Origin: Ascidiella aspersa
Taxonomy: Eukaryota
NCBI GenBank assembly: GCA_963924565.1
Contig: OZ004607.1
Coordinates: forward strand, 23,126,001-23,190,000
Direction of reading: 5' to 3'
DNA: 64,000 bases
Shown here piece by piece: positions 1-13,199 of the stretch. The number at the start of each line of letters is the position of its first letter. Positions within the stretch are counted from its first letter, which is position 1. A program made the translations under genes and the position numbers. The notes under the pieces were generated by a model. The model worked only from the letters and a program-made list of their open reading frames with translations, had not been told where the DNA came from and searched no databases.

Positions 1-274
1 CTTACCATTTAGTTTATTTATTTTTTGAATTATGCTGGTAATTTAAACCGGAAAACACTTTAAAGAATGTGGAACAATTACTTTTTAGGAATTGTTTGAA
101 TATATTTATCTTGCAAATCTAAAATCTATAAGCACCTAAGCAGAGCTGTGTTACTTTCTACCGGCGGGTTAGTCGACATTGTAGCGAAATAGAGAGCAGC
201 ATACGCCTAAACACCACTACTAAATGAACTTCTATGCTATTATGTAGCACAAAATATATGCCAAGGATACTTAC

Positions 275-3200
275 TAAATGCTCCGGGGTAAGTGGTGTAC
301 GCTGATGGATAGGCCGCATATGCTGTAGCCGGTCTTCCATAGGTTAAACCAGGAATACCTTTTTTATAAAGTAAGTTTTAGCAACTGACGTAAAATTGTA
401 GCAAATGATTTAAGTGGGTGACTGTGTTTACATTTATTTTAGCGTTAACAATACTTAAATATAAAATGGCAATAATATATTGGTTAATTTTTAACCCTAA
501 TTTCGCTTCAAAATGCATTCGTGTGTCGAAAAAAGACGGATTCGAAAAATAATTATCAAACCTAATTACTGACGCAAAGGAGAAGCGTTGTCTTGCATAC
601 TACTGTTAATATTAGTTTTGGAGAGAACGACCAAATTTAATCACTTACACTCACTGTTGTCTATTTGATAAAGCCACGCATTTCAAATATTTAAACGCAA
701 TATAATCAAAAGTGAGAATCGCGTTGTATTGTAATACCTAGGACATATGCGGATGACTGGTCTATGTGTGGATAGCCGCGGTTTCTGACCGATCCTCTTG
801 CCAAAGTTGGAAGCATCACCTCCTTAGGTTGGGCTTTTTTGCATTCGACCTACAAAGTGAAACAGACGAGTGTTTATGCTGTCGTAGGTCGCCATATAAC
901 ATTAGGTGGTAAAACATATGTACGGGCTAAAGATTCCACGGGTTGCAATGTATTACTAACGTAGTTAATTTGTTAATATATTGCAGCAAGATTCTAGAAG
1001 TTGTGTAAATAAATGGCTTTGTACCATTTTGTTGTTGATCTCGTGAAAATGAATTTCGCACACTTTCTCCACCGGGTCTTCATTGTCAAATGTCACGAAC
1101 CCGAAGCCTGCAACAAATAGATAAGGTGAAATAGGTTCGTTGCCGCTATAAGCACCCATACGCTTGCTTAACATTTACTTTATTTCAAAAATTAGGGAAA
1201 CGTGTAAAAACGATCTCAAGATGTAGGCTTGCTTAATCTTGTTAGCATTACACATCTCACCCAACGAAGTACGTTGGTACACCTTTCGTATTGACAACAA
1301 TATATGCAAAAATAATCAGAAGGTTACGCAAAAGGTGATGACGACCTGCAATATTGAATAACCGTTTGTTTCTCTTCTCTTATACAAGAAGGAAGGGAAC
1401 ACAGCCAGTGTGTAATGAGCCAATTATGCGCAAAGAACTCGTCGGAAAATTAAAGAAAGCGACTTATCGTTTGCGCAGCAGTAAAACGTTCGGGTCTAAG
1501 CGGGAAATGCGCGTCTCGCAAAAGTTATTTGATGTTACTTGCTGGCCAATGAATTGTTGGTTCGCAGTGACGTACAATGCTGGATTCCTGGTGCTCTTCT
1601 GACGTGTCGGAACACAAAGCAAACACCCAGAGCGTGTAGAACAAACGACAGTCGACGGGGCGCCACTCCACATAAAAGTAGCGCAAATTGTAATTGATTT
1701 GTGCAATTTTCGCAGTCCGAAATTATTCTGTTAAACTGCTAAGATCACGAGTAATGCGGTTCTGTCAACGTAACTACCTAACCGGCAAAATAAATTAGCG
1801 TATGGCCTGGCGAGATCCTTTTTTACCGAAATTCTTCTTCTTATTTCTATGAGTATTTCGTTTTGAGGCGTGTAGCTTAAAATCACAGGTCAATTAAGCT
1901 CATTGCGCGACACGGGCGACTTTAAAACGTTAGAAACCAACGACAAATCTATCTTAAGAGAGAGCGAGAACAAACAAAATAACAAAAGATTGGCCAAAGC
2001 AAGAGAACCCGGTCGGCTCGCACAAACACAAGCCGGCAGACAAACGGACTGAAACTTGATAGATCGAGGTGCGATCGCAGTTTGGGGCTAAAAGCGAATA
2101 CAGGTCCGCCTTAGATCAACATTCCCACTACCGTTGGCATTGTTGCGCGCCGGGAAGGCCGTATAGCTTAAGTCACTTCCCACAAACCCGGATAAAAACC
2201 CGGAAACTGTCCAGGATTTGAACCTACAAGGCGGACATGCGTGTGGAAATAAAATCTCAGGACCGACTATATATTATCCGGTCTCTAGATCACTCTTTGA
2301 TTTGGTGTTAAGCGGACGCCAATATTTTCACAAGCAAAGACACAGGAAGGAAAACTTTAGAAGATAAATGGCCTACTTTTCAATACATGTACGTCACGAA
2401 AAATCCATAAACAGCACTAAGCGACGTTTAATTAACGGGAGTGGAGTTAAGTTGATAACTTATTTAACATTTTCGCGAATAAAAAAATGATTTATGTATT
2501 GATACAACCAAGTTGGGCAGATCTATATTGATTCCTGCTTTAAAATACTGTATACGTGTTACCAATTGTATTGCGTAAACAGACTTTTGACTTAACAGGA
2601 ACATTGTTTAAACTACCTATATATAATAATAAAAAGAAACTAAGGGGGACATCAACTGGAACGTGTTTCGCGCAAATCCATTGTGGACAAGTTGCGGGAC
2701 GATGTTCGGGGTGGTCGAGTGTTCAGCACTCAACGTGCAGCTGTAAGTCAAGCAGCGCCTCACTCACATCGCCGCTACTCGTTAAACACAGTTGCGAGTA
2801 CTCGGCTGGAAACCGTTCGCCACAAGGACCGGACGAACAAAGCGGACGACAGTTAAAACCGGCGCGCTGGAAAAGTGTTCGAGAGCCCTTTGCTTGAAGT
2901 ACGTTACAAGCAATCAGACCAAAACTGAGGTACTCCTGGCTCCCTGAATCCCACAGTGTAGCGCTTGTAGAAAATGTACGCGTTTCGGATAGCGCAACGA
3001 AATGAATTTCAGGCTTTTGAGCAGCAGTTGCCAGGAGCGACCAGTTTTGAAAAACAAACTCCTGAATAATTTCGAAAACGTGAGCGTGCTGAATATTGTT
3101 GTTTTAGTGCCATTATATGCTTGCCGCCCGTTTACAGTGGCTCGATTAGTTGGCCTCTGTGGAGGATTGTCGTTGCGCGGTCTTTTGTAAAAAACGGCGA

Positions 3201-6200
3201 CGGAAAACCGGAGCGCGCACGCAAAGGTAAGCTCAACCATTGTCTGGCCACAAAGCTCCTTCAATTATTAGTGGTCTTGTTCGGACAAGCCTCCCACCGT
3301 TTGCTTTCATATTTTACCCCTTTTCCGATACAAAGCATTTGTTGCTCAGATACAACAAAGGTATGTCACAGGTGTTCGACGCAATACCGCTATAGTGCCA
3401 TGGTAAATAATTTGCTGCCACGTAGCCTTCAAAAAGGCAATTAATCAATTTGTGCTAAGCTCATGTCGTAAAATCGCAAATAGAGACTTTCGTTGCGCAC
3501 GGCGAACGACGCACGTGCAACAACTTATTTTTTCTAACTTGGTTGGAGCACAATGGTAGGTATAGAAGATTGAGACTTGAAACGTTCAGTGTTGATATAG
3601 GTGCTTAATTACTGGTTTCTTCGCCGGAAAACTTTATAATTGGCTTGGAATTCACCAACATGGTAATATAAAGAAAAAGCATTTGTAATAATTTTAATCG
3701 TTGGGTGCGATTTAGGAATAACTAAGACACTTTCTAAAGACAACTTTGATTTGGTATTTTTCCAGAATTTATTATGTCCCAAAGGACATCGCCAGTTTGA
3801 TATGTCACATCATTCCACACAACACAAACATATTATTATCAAGACTATATATTATGCTATGGCTTCTAACGCTATAAATTACCAAGCCAGCTAGGTTACA
3901 CGACAAACAAACCAGTTCTAAGTTTGTCAAAGGCGAATAATCACTGTGTTTATTCTATATTGCCATTAACGCTAAGTGAACAAACAAAAACAGATTACCT
4001 CTAAATATGAAATACGATTCAATTAATATAGAACTTCTACGCACGGCTGATACGAGAACAAACACTAATTAAATCTTACAAATACCTATATTTACGACTA
4101 AATGCATTACAAAACAGAAACTTAAAAACAGGAGTAGACGTTGGACTACAACAATTTGATATCCGATAAACAAAACTTTGTAAACAAAGTTTAACTGTTT
4201 ACCATTATGTATCAAGTGCTGTCCATCGAAGTGGCAATTAATTTTCACGTAGGAATGTTTGGGTTTCGTTATATATTTGAGGTATACATGGCAAAGCGTT
4301 TATTTGGCGCTGTTTGAGTCTAATCACAACTCGCTGAGCAAACACAAAAGCTGCTACGTGATATTTTGTGGGAAGCTATGTGGAAATAGCCGCGCTACCA
4401 ACTCTCACTAGAAGATCGACTCAAAACGTGTAAGAACAAACAAAACTCAGTTTATGTCTAGAGCTACGTCCAACTACTGTGTCCTCACTTACGTGCGTAC
4501 CTTCCAGGCGAGTCGTAAAGAGGCCGAGTTAAGCATCTCTTTATTTATGCCTATACAGACACTTTGTGAAATATTGGCTATTTTTTGTTTGGTCTTTATG
4601 TATAGAAATCTATCCAATTTTTATATAGACGCTGTACGTTTAACAAAACAATCTGAGTGGGAAAGTTAAAACCCATTTGGTTGAACTTACCTCTGTGTCT
4701 GTTTGTCTGCTTATCGAACATGAGCATCGCGTCTTCGACCTGAACATAATGAGGGGTTTTATTGGCTTGACGAATTTTAGGAGCTTCATTTCAGGGCATA
4801 ACTTGGCGTTTAAATAAACAACAAGTGTCGCACTCAAAACAACCCTTGGCACATTCAAGACATTCATGCATGTAACGTCCAGTGGTGGTCACGTTGCAAA
4901 GCACGTGTGTTAAGCGAGGTGTAACAGAGCACGTGATCACCAAAACAAGATTTACGCGAGATCCAGTGACAAGTGATTTGCGCAACTCGACACGCAAAGG
5001 TTAGCCCAAGGCGCTGCATTTTGCAATAGGACTGTAAACGAGCCTAAACGACGAAACAACACGGTGATCCCTTGTTTCATTTCTTACGTTTTATAGAATT
5101 TAACTGTAACAAGCCTTTGTTCTATTTCAAATTTTTTATTGTCTTTAGCAAAAAAAAAGGAAAAATGCTTCAGTTCTATCTTAGAAAGTTTGGTGTGCCG
5201 ATTGACATGGTTAAACTTTGTGTACGCGCTTCAAAGCCCCTTACAAGGCCTTGTTTTGATTTACAATTGCGGTTATGTTGCAATTTAAACTTACGTCAAG
5301 CTGAACACTCATAGTTCGAAATAATTTTTTTTTTGTTTTTTTAATCTAAGTGAAAAAAAACGGCCACAGGATTTAGATTTAAATTCACTTTGGATCCGAA
5401 TATAATTCATTCAGGAGGCTGGTACAGGTATAGAGAAAGCTTGAATAGCCCCATACAACGCAATTCGAATAATACGGTTTCTGATTAAATTATTTACGAA
5501 CCGATTAATGGCCAACAAAGGCGCGTGTTGCCTTAGCACAAAATTCCCATTGTTACTTCGCGTTTGTTCTTCTAATAATATGCTCGGGCAAGCGCACTGC
5601 TCTTTGGAAACCGCCTTAACGACCCTCTATTATGATGTGTTATTTCATCTGGTCGTATATGGTGCCTGTAAAGCACATAACAACCGATATAATTTAATTA
5701 CAACAAACTTGCAGTTTCTACAAGATCTTAATTTGAGAAAAACGTGTCGCAATCATTAAACGAAATAAAATAAGTGTTTCCCAATAGTACTGAAAGCATT
5801 TACCAAAAGCGTACTATTCGCTCCAATAAGGTAAAAAAAAATTTAACATTAATACAATATAACTACACATAAGATAAATAGTTAAAATAAAGGTCTGTTT
5901 GGCTTTTGGAAACCCGATTTGCGGTTAATAAACGTTTTAATATATTTACTTGCCTAAAGATAAACATTTAAAGATTGTTAACGAGGTTTATGCAAATGGG
6001 CAGCGGAAACCATTTCTGAGCATTATACGCTCGCAAGCATGGCAAGCATGTGTTTCATGGCATTTATATAAAAATCGTATTAAGCAGCGGTTACCTAAAA
6101 GTTGTCCGTAAATGGTTTTACGGGTTCCGCGAATGAAATGTTTGTAGAACTAAATCTAAACCCAAAACAAGAAATGGATTGAAGGGAAGCAAGTTAACCA

Positions 6201-9200
6201 ATCCATATAAACTTCTCTATATTAGTTACTTTTATGGTATTTCTTGTGATGTGACGGTTTTCCTTGGGACGTCGTTTCGATTAAAAAAAATGTTGAGTGT
6301 CCTTCCACGTAAATTTGTTTAAGTTAGGGACCCAGTGCTATAGAGTATAAAAGACAAGAAGATAGTTTAAAAAGTGATCGACCTTGCCGTAAGTTCCAAA
6401 ATACATCTTGAGATCTTCGACCACAGTGTTGGCCGACAAGCCACCGACGAAAATCTTCTTTGTTCGAGTTACCATCTAAAACAAAAGAGGTTTTGTGCAA
6501 TATCCATAACGAATTGTATTCAAGGATTACTAATTACATCGTACACTTGGCGTAACAATAATGATGAAGCGTATAATCGATTTTTGGCGACTGTCTTTAG
6601 TATAATTCAAAACTTTTCAAAACGTGACACGCGCCTGAGTTGGATTGTCCACAGAATGTGCCAATAGTATACGAAAGTGCTGTGATTGCCAGCTTCCCTT
6701 CAGTACTTTGTACAATTTAGTTTCTTGCTGTGACCCTGCGCTCATTGGCTTATGTAAGCCTACATGTGGCCAAACGGATGATCACGAGTATATTAGTAGG
6801 AGCGACCCATTTAATAGCTCTCTAATTAATATGCTCGCTTTACGAATAAGCGCCACCGGACGCCCGGCGGCCATCCCGCCCTTACACCGTAGTTATCGGA
6901 CAGAACGCCATCTGATTAAGGAACATGAAAGTATGTTCCTACTATGTTGTAAGACTTATTGCTTACAACAACTTTAAAACTTAAATTTTGCGTGATTTTT
7001 ATAGCATTTCACGCGCAATGTATTGCACCTAATTTAACGCGCATCACGCAACATATCGACTTTGTGAGGTCAGAGACGGATATTGCGACGACTTCTTGCG
7101 GTTACAACTAATCGCATTTCCGCATAAATGTATTGTGAGTCGTCCATGTCACCTGATCCGCCCTACTTTGGTTGCAACGCTTCAAAAGGGAGAGCGTCTT
7201 GTCTTACAACATGTCTTCACAATTTGGAACGACTAAGGGGCCAGGTAATTGGGGTCTACCTCTATTCGATTGTTTTCGAGTTAAAGGATATCCAGATTCT
7301 CATCGGAATGCTCAATATCAAACGGGTAGAAAAGTACTCCATTACTTACTTGCCATCAACGGAATAGAAAAGCAATTAATTTAAAAGTGATACCGATACG
7401 TCAAGTACACCACTTTTCACTCTGATGTATACTACAAACCGCGTTTACGACAAACAATTTAAGGTCCACAACAAATTAAACTAAAAGGGTGTTGTACTCC
7501 TCTTACAGTTATAGAAGATTTTCAAAGATATAATTGGATTTTCCTTGTTCATTATCGAACAAATCTTGTATGCACTTACCGTTGCACTTTCGTGTTGCTT
7601 CGCTTTTACACAAAAACGGTGATTCCACGGCAAGGCAAATCTACACCAAGTGAAACTAACGCCAAGAATGCACCACCCAAACAAAGCTACACAATAAACT
7701 ACAGTGATCTTATCACTACATAAAGAAGGGGCTGAACCTATATAAAAAGACAAGTATGAAGTTTACAACACCGTGATTTTATTATACTTTCCGTACCATA
7801 AGAATATAACGTTTATTAAATACATTCTGATCCCATGACAAAATTATTTAAACTCTGGTTTAATTCCCGTTTATTCACCATCCTGCTGATCTGAATTTCT
7901 TTACTATTTGAACCGTAGAGTCCGATTCGAATGCTATTTGTCGTAGCTGTAGGGCGTGGGGCGAGACACGTTATAAGGGCTTTTTCGCTTGCTCAAGCGT
8001 GTGAGGAACAATAACAGGTCTGCCATACACTGCGTGGTCGCTACCTCTCGATTCGCACCAGTAAAAGTTCGTAACCGTGCGAGCCCCGAAATTTTATTTA
8101 TAGGCATTAGTTAAAGCGCATGAACATGAGGCCTGCTTAAATTCGAATAGTAGTATAAGCTGTACCAAACTACAGGTTATAACTAAACTATTTAAAATAC
8201 TGCACGTTAAGCTTTCTTGTACACAAATGCATGTCATACACGCTCACACCTATATACTAACTTACTTACGTACTTACTTACTTACGCTGTCGGAATGCGA
8301 TATTGTTCGACTGACAAGTTAAAAATAACATTCAGCGACGCCATAGTTACCAATGGCGTGCTACCCAAAATCATGAATAACCGCGAACTTTCTGACGGCG
8401 CTTTGTTGTCGCTGTGACATGCGGGTCTCCTCAACTTTGCTCAACAAAGCATAGCTGAAGATGTGTCTAAATTAATCTTTTTTTAATAAGGGTTTACTGT
8501 TAATATCATTTCACTTTTTGTCTGCAACTATTTGTTTTCGGTTTGATCAACTTGGGAAAACTAAAACTAAAATACTTTGGTCTGTCTCGAGGAGACGGCA
8601 CAATAAATTTGAACTACACCTTAACTTAAACTTTCTTTTAATAAATTGCTTTATACATTTTAAATTTGTCAGCAAGGAAATGTCGAGGCCGAGGGTTGCC
8701 CCAGTTGAAGTGTGACACCTAACCCTCGCCTCGCCCTCGAAACCTTTTCACTTAAACCCATGCGTCACCAGACCAACATCCTGCGACGTTTTTTCCTGAC
8801 TAACTGTGGAGCGCCCTCGCTGCACGTACCGCCAGTCGCGAAACTGAAGTCGCAGAGATTCCCTTTTTTAAGCAGGGTCCCGCTGGTGAATAAGCGATAA
8901 TGACCCGCGCAAAGCGTCGCCCGTCCGACTTTCACCAGCCACTTTCGCCAGTCTCAATCCTACACAAGATCGCGTAACATCCCTACGTGGTCATTATCGC
9001 TTAAATAATGGCTATGACCGGATTCAATGCACAAAGGCTATACTGCCTCGTGGGTGCGTCCGTACGACTACTTCCACCTGAGAAACCTTTGATCGTCGGA
9101 AATGTCAGGCTTAGTTGGCACGTTGAGAAAGAAGAGCGTGATTAATCTACTTCGATATTTGCTACTGTCTACATGAACGTTTAAAGTGTTTTCATGAGTA

Positions 9201-12200
9201 ACTAGCTTTTAATTTCGGATTTTTTGTCAACCCTTAACTGCGGTTTAAATAACTGTCAACGCATGTTATGATTCGTTTTATATGGCACGCCATTCTTGCG
9301 TTCACAAAGTTCAAGACTTGAGGCTTCATTCATCGATGCTACGGTTTATACAAACCGGCACTGAAATAGAAAAGGCATTTCCTACTATTTGCATATGTTT
9401 GTCTATGGAGGTTTTCGCCATCTAAACTGACCAACGACTAGCATATATAAGAAAGTTACATTTGAATAAACTCTTACTTGGAATATATTTTGATATATTA
9501 CACAAAAGTGTTAAAAAGATCAACCGTCTTTGCGGTTTGACTGGCCTATGTGAAATTTGTCGACATGAATTCTAAAAATTGCATTCCCGATTTTTAAAGC
9601 ACATTTAGAATATTTCTTTAAACAACAAACTGTTCAATAATGGCATTAGCGATATTTATTTCATCAAAAAATAAATTCCAGTAGATTGGTTTGCGTTGGC
9701 ACGCTATAATCACCGCTAGTCCGCTATATAATGCCACGGTTGGTTGCGCTGCAATAAATAAACCCCGTAGATTTTAAATGAAGTGCCCCACGTCATCTAC
9801 GCCGATTCAACGATGATATCGGATCGAGTATTGTTCGTTGTTGTTATGTAGGTTCTGAATTCACGTGAAGACCACACAGTTAAATTAGCCATGAAGCAAA
9901 AATAACTGATAATAATTGAAGTGAACACATTGAATACCGTTACTGGAATCGTTCACACACAATACAAAGGATCTGCTGGCGCAATGTTTTTTTGTACTTT
10001 TATAAGCTTCCATAAGAAGAATTGCGATTATTTCGATTAGGTTTTGTTGCCTTGTTTAAGCAGATTTTACTATGATCGCTAACTTAGGTGTCGCAATGTA
10101 TAATAAATAGCTATTAACTTTGTCGATGCTTTAGCTAACTCAGTATTTTACCTAACTTACAACAGCACACGTGAATTGATTATATTATAGTAATTATAAT
10201 TTTTCGTACACATGGTTAGCAAAACTTTTAGTAGTCAAATGCTATATACATATATCTGACAGTCATCTGAAGGACGAAAGTATGCTGGCCTGGCCTATAC
10301 TTGACTATTACACGACAATAATAACGACCCCTTCCATCCATGGCGCGCCTATTCAAACACAGCCCCATCACTCTCCTTATTTCTTTATTGCGAGAAATTC
10401 GTCCCATTTCGACAAAGGTGTGGGCCCTCGTGTGAGTAAAGCCAACGTTGGCGCACCATCATAAAGGATTTTCAGAGGATCTCTCCAGTGAAACTGGAAA
10501 AGTAAATAGAAGACAACGGGAATGAGGGACGACAAACGTATAAAGAACGTCGGTTAAAGAAATGCCGCACCCAACGAGCAAACTTTACAGAGCAGAGTTA
10601 CCTTTTGTTGAAAATAGGCGCAAGTAACAAAGCAGGTGTAGAGAGCAAACTGGGAACTATGGCAGCACTTTAAACCAGTTGGTAGCAAACCGTCCATACT
10701 TTCCTTGCGGTCCAACGGTCGAACTTTGGCACAACAGTCTGCGTTTCTGCATAGGCTATGAAATTGGCTCGCAACCGAAATATGCCAATAGGCAACACCC
10801 AGTTTGTTGACATTTCTCCACCGCTCAAGCTCGGTTCAAATTAAGTACTTGAAAAGGACAATACTATCTCTAATACCAAATTTTTAGCCCAAAGGCGTCG
10901 TGTGTCTCATCGCACCATCAAAAATGAAACTTTTTACCACTTAAAACGACATAAAAGCATTTTTGTCGCTTTGCGTAAATCGAAAACACCTTTGTAATGT
11001 AGCTTTGGTATTAAAAGTAACACCTCTTAAACCTAAAACTTTAACAAACCAACAAACTGTGCAATGTTCAAAAGATTACTTCTATGTGACGTCACGTTCT
11101 GGCGTAACCTTGTGACGTCATCTCTGAAAAATAGTTTTATGATCCACCCAAACAAAATCCTAGATCCAACCTGGTGGTTCTTACCAACCGTACGTGCTTT
11201 ACAAACAATATAATTTAATGACAAATTCTTACCTTAGTTTGAACTTTGCGGGGTATGGCCACTTTTGGATCGATCTAAATAATAAAAACCTAATTGTTTT
11301 TTCAACTATAGGCCTAACGATATAATCGGTGTTCACGAAAAAAGTTTGATAGCACACTTGAATATTTAGAAGATATATGTTTTACAATTAAACTATGTCT
11401 AAAATCCGTCTCTGGTTGATGATTAAGTTGTCACGTGAAGCAAACGAATTAAACCAATTTGCTAACAAGTAGGATAAGTGGGAGTTATAAACCATTAGTA
11501 TTTTAACGCTTAATCTGGAGTTTGTAACCTAATTTAATAGTATGTAAAAATTATTTAAAAACTACCTCAAGCGTTATGCGAAACATCGAATCGATTAATA
11601 TCTGCGACTAAAATTACTGGCGGCCATCGACCGTACAGAGAACCATTGTTGCAATTAATATCGAAAATAACAAAAAAACATAACCTCTTTCTGATCCAGT
11701 GTATGTTGTCCGTTGCTCAACACTTTATCCACGTCCTTGGCGTCTTCGTACGTCACAAACCCAAAACCTCTGTTGTATGGGGAATAAACAACACGCCTTC
11801 ACGGCGATTATCAACGAATTGACTAACAGCAAACCCTTTCCATGCGCGGTTAAATAAAACAAACAAATGCAGGCCAATATTTTGAACAGCGTTTTTATGT
11901 TTAGTTATAGCTTCAAGTTCTCCAACACGATTTAAGAACCCTTAATCATATCACACACCGCTGGGTCAAATAGAGTTCAAATCATAAGCATGCAAAGCTT
12001 TTACAAATAGGACTGGCGTTTAAATTGGTAGCATTGGTCCTGTTGCGCCACCTAACCGTCAGTTTAAATGTGTATATATATATATATATATATATGTCCT
12101 CAAATGCACTAATCGCAAATATAATCGTTTTTTTGTCCACAATAAAAAATAATCACACAACCAAATGAGACATTTAGCTCTTATAAATTTATTGATTCAA

Positions 12201-13199
12201 TTCTTAATATTTTTTTAAATTTCTATAACAAAATATTGTGTGGTATAGAGGTTAAGTAGAAGGCCTTCCACGCGGGTGACATCGTGCTTTTGAAACAACG
12301 TACATAATCATACTACAACATAAGGGACTTTACACGATAATTTTAGACTGCGAAATAGCTTTAGAAAAGTTATGAGGGTCGTTGAAACACGGATGTAGCT
12401 TTACAAGGACTGTTGTCGATGCCACGACGCGAGTTAAATACACACCTGGAACGCTTTGTTGCCGGATCGCGCATCACCATAGCGTCAGACACCTCTCCAA
12501 AGCGGCTGAAGTACTCCTTCAGCCCATCTGCGCAATACAAACACAAATCATATTCCCTGAACTCCAGTCCTTTTCCATATCGTACTGCCTCGTGATGTTG
12601 TTAAAATTATGGACTGCTTGCCGCCAACCTACTCTAAGCCGTATGAGATAGTTTTAAAAAAAACTTCTTTAAAAAAGAAGTACCTAAAACGACTGTTTTT
12701 ATAAAAATAGTTGTTAATACTTATTTAAAAAAAATGCTGAATACATTGAATAAGTCCTTATAACAACAACCAACAACACAAAACAACTTGAAATGTATCT
12801 TTCTTACCAGCTGTGGTTTGCCAACTTAAGCCACCGACGAACATTTTGCTGAAACCAAAGTTACAATTATTACACAATTATAATATTAATGAAATTACAA
12901 ACTTTGCTGTTTAATCAATAGGGTTTGTATTAGAGCCCTATAAAAAAAAATTACTAATTAAGTTGCAAGTATTTTTTACAACACTTGCTTTCATAAATTA
13001 AAGTATAGGCTAATTTCCTCCCTGAATGTTTATCACTTCCATAACAGTTTTGCTGATAGATTTTCTTTATCGTATTTTGTTGACACGCTTTTTTTCTTAA
13101 ACGATTTTACCGAGCAATTGTCTACCGAAATACTTACCCGGGGTCGAGCGTATCCTCGGAACTCACTCCCACGGGCATCGTTTGTGCCTCAGTCGTCAT
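275..13199 (-). CDS. msi: RNA-binding protein Musashi (two RRMs); 3' end not resolved in window
   Basis: Ten GT-AG exons with consistent phases: 13138-13199, 12808-12848, 12446-12527, 11685-11769, 11233-11274, 6383-6475, 4691-4739, 1025-1107, 738-849, 275-358. Translation: [69 protein letters not shown]...[101 protein letters not shown], then a Y/A/P-rich tail. These are the Musashi RRM1/RRM2 signatures. Confidence 0.97.
8261..8285. repeat. Imperfect (CTTA)n tetranucleotide repeat, reading as tandem GTAA(GT) on the msi sense strand
   Basis: cttacttacgtacttacttacttac seen directly in msi intron 5. Confidence 0.8.
12074..12095. repeat. (TA)n microsatellite
   Basis: About 11 TA units in msi intron 3. 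Confidence 0.9.
12238..12297 (+). pseudogene. Degenerate tRNA-Gly-like sequence or tRNA-derived SINE head
   Basis: GTGGTATAGAGGTTAAG...GCCTTCCACGCGGGTGAC resembles the D-arm/A-box and TCC anticodon arm of tRNA-Gly. The T-arm/B-box is decayed and there is no acceptor stem. Confidence 0.3.

Noticed and set aside
136-206. Possible further msi exon (AYAALYFATMSTNPPVESNTALL)
   Set aside because: That frame needs phase 0 but exon 275-358 ends in phase 1, where it reads SVCCSLFRYNVD-stop. It cannot be resolved without cDNA, so it is left out of the model.
1354-12651. Short ORF-track entries across msi
   Set aside because: Intronic or antisense to real exons, with no domain signatures and often non-ATG starts.
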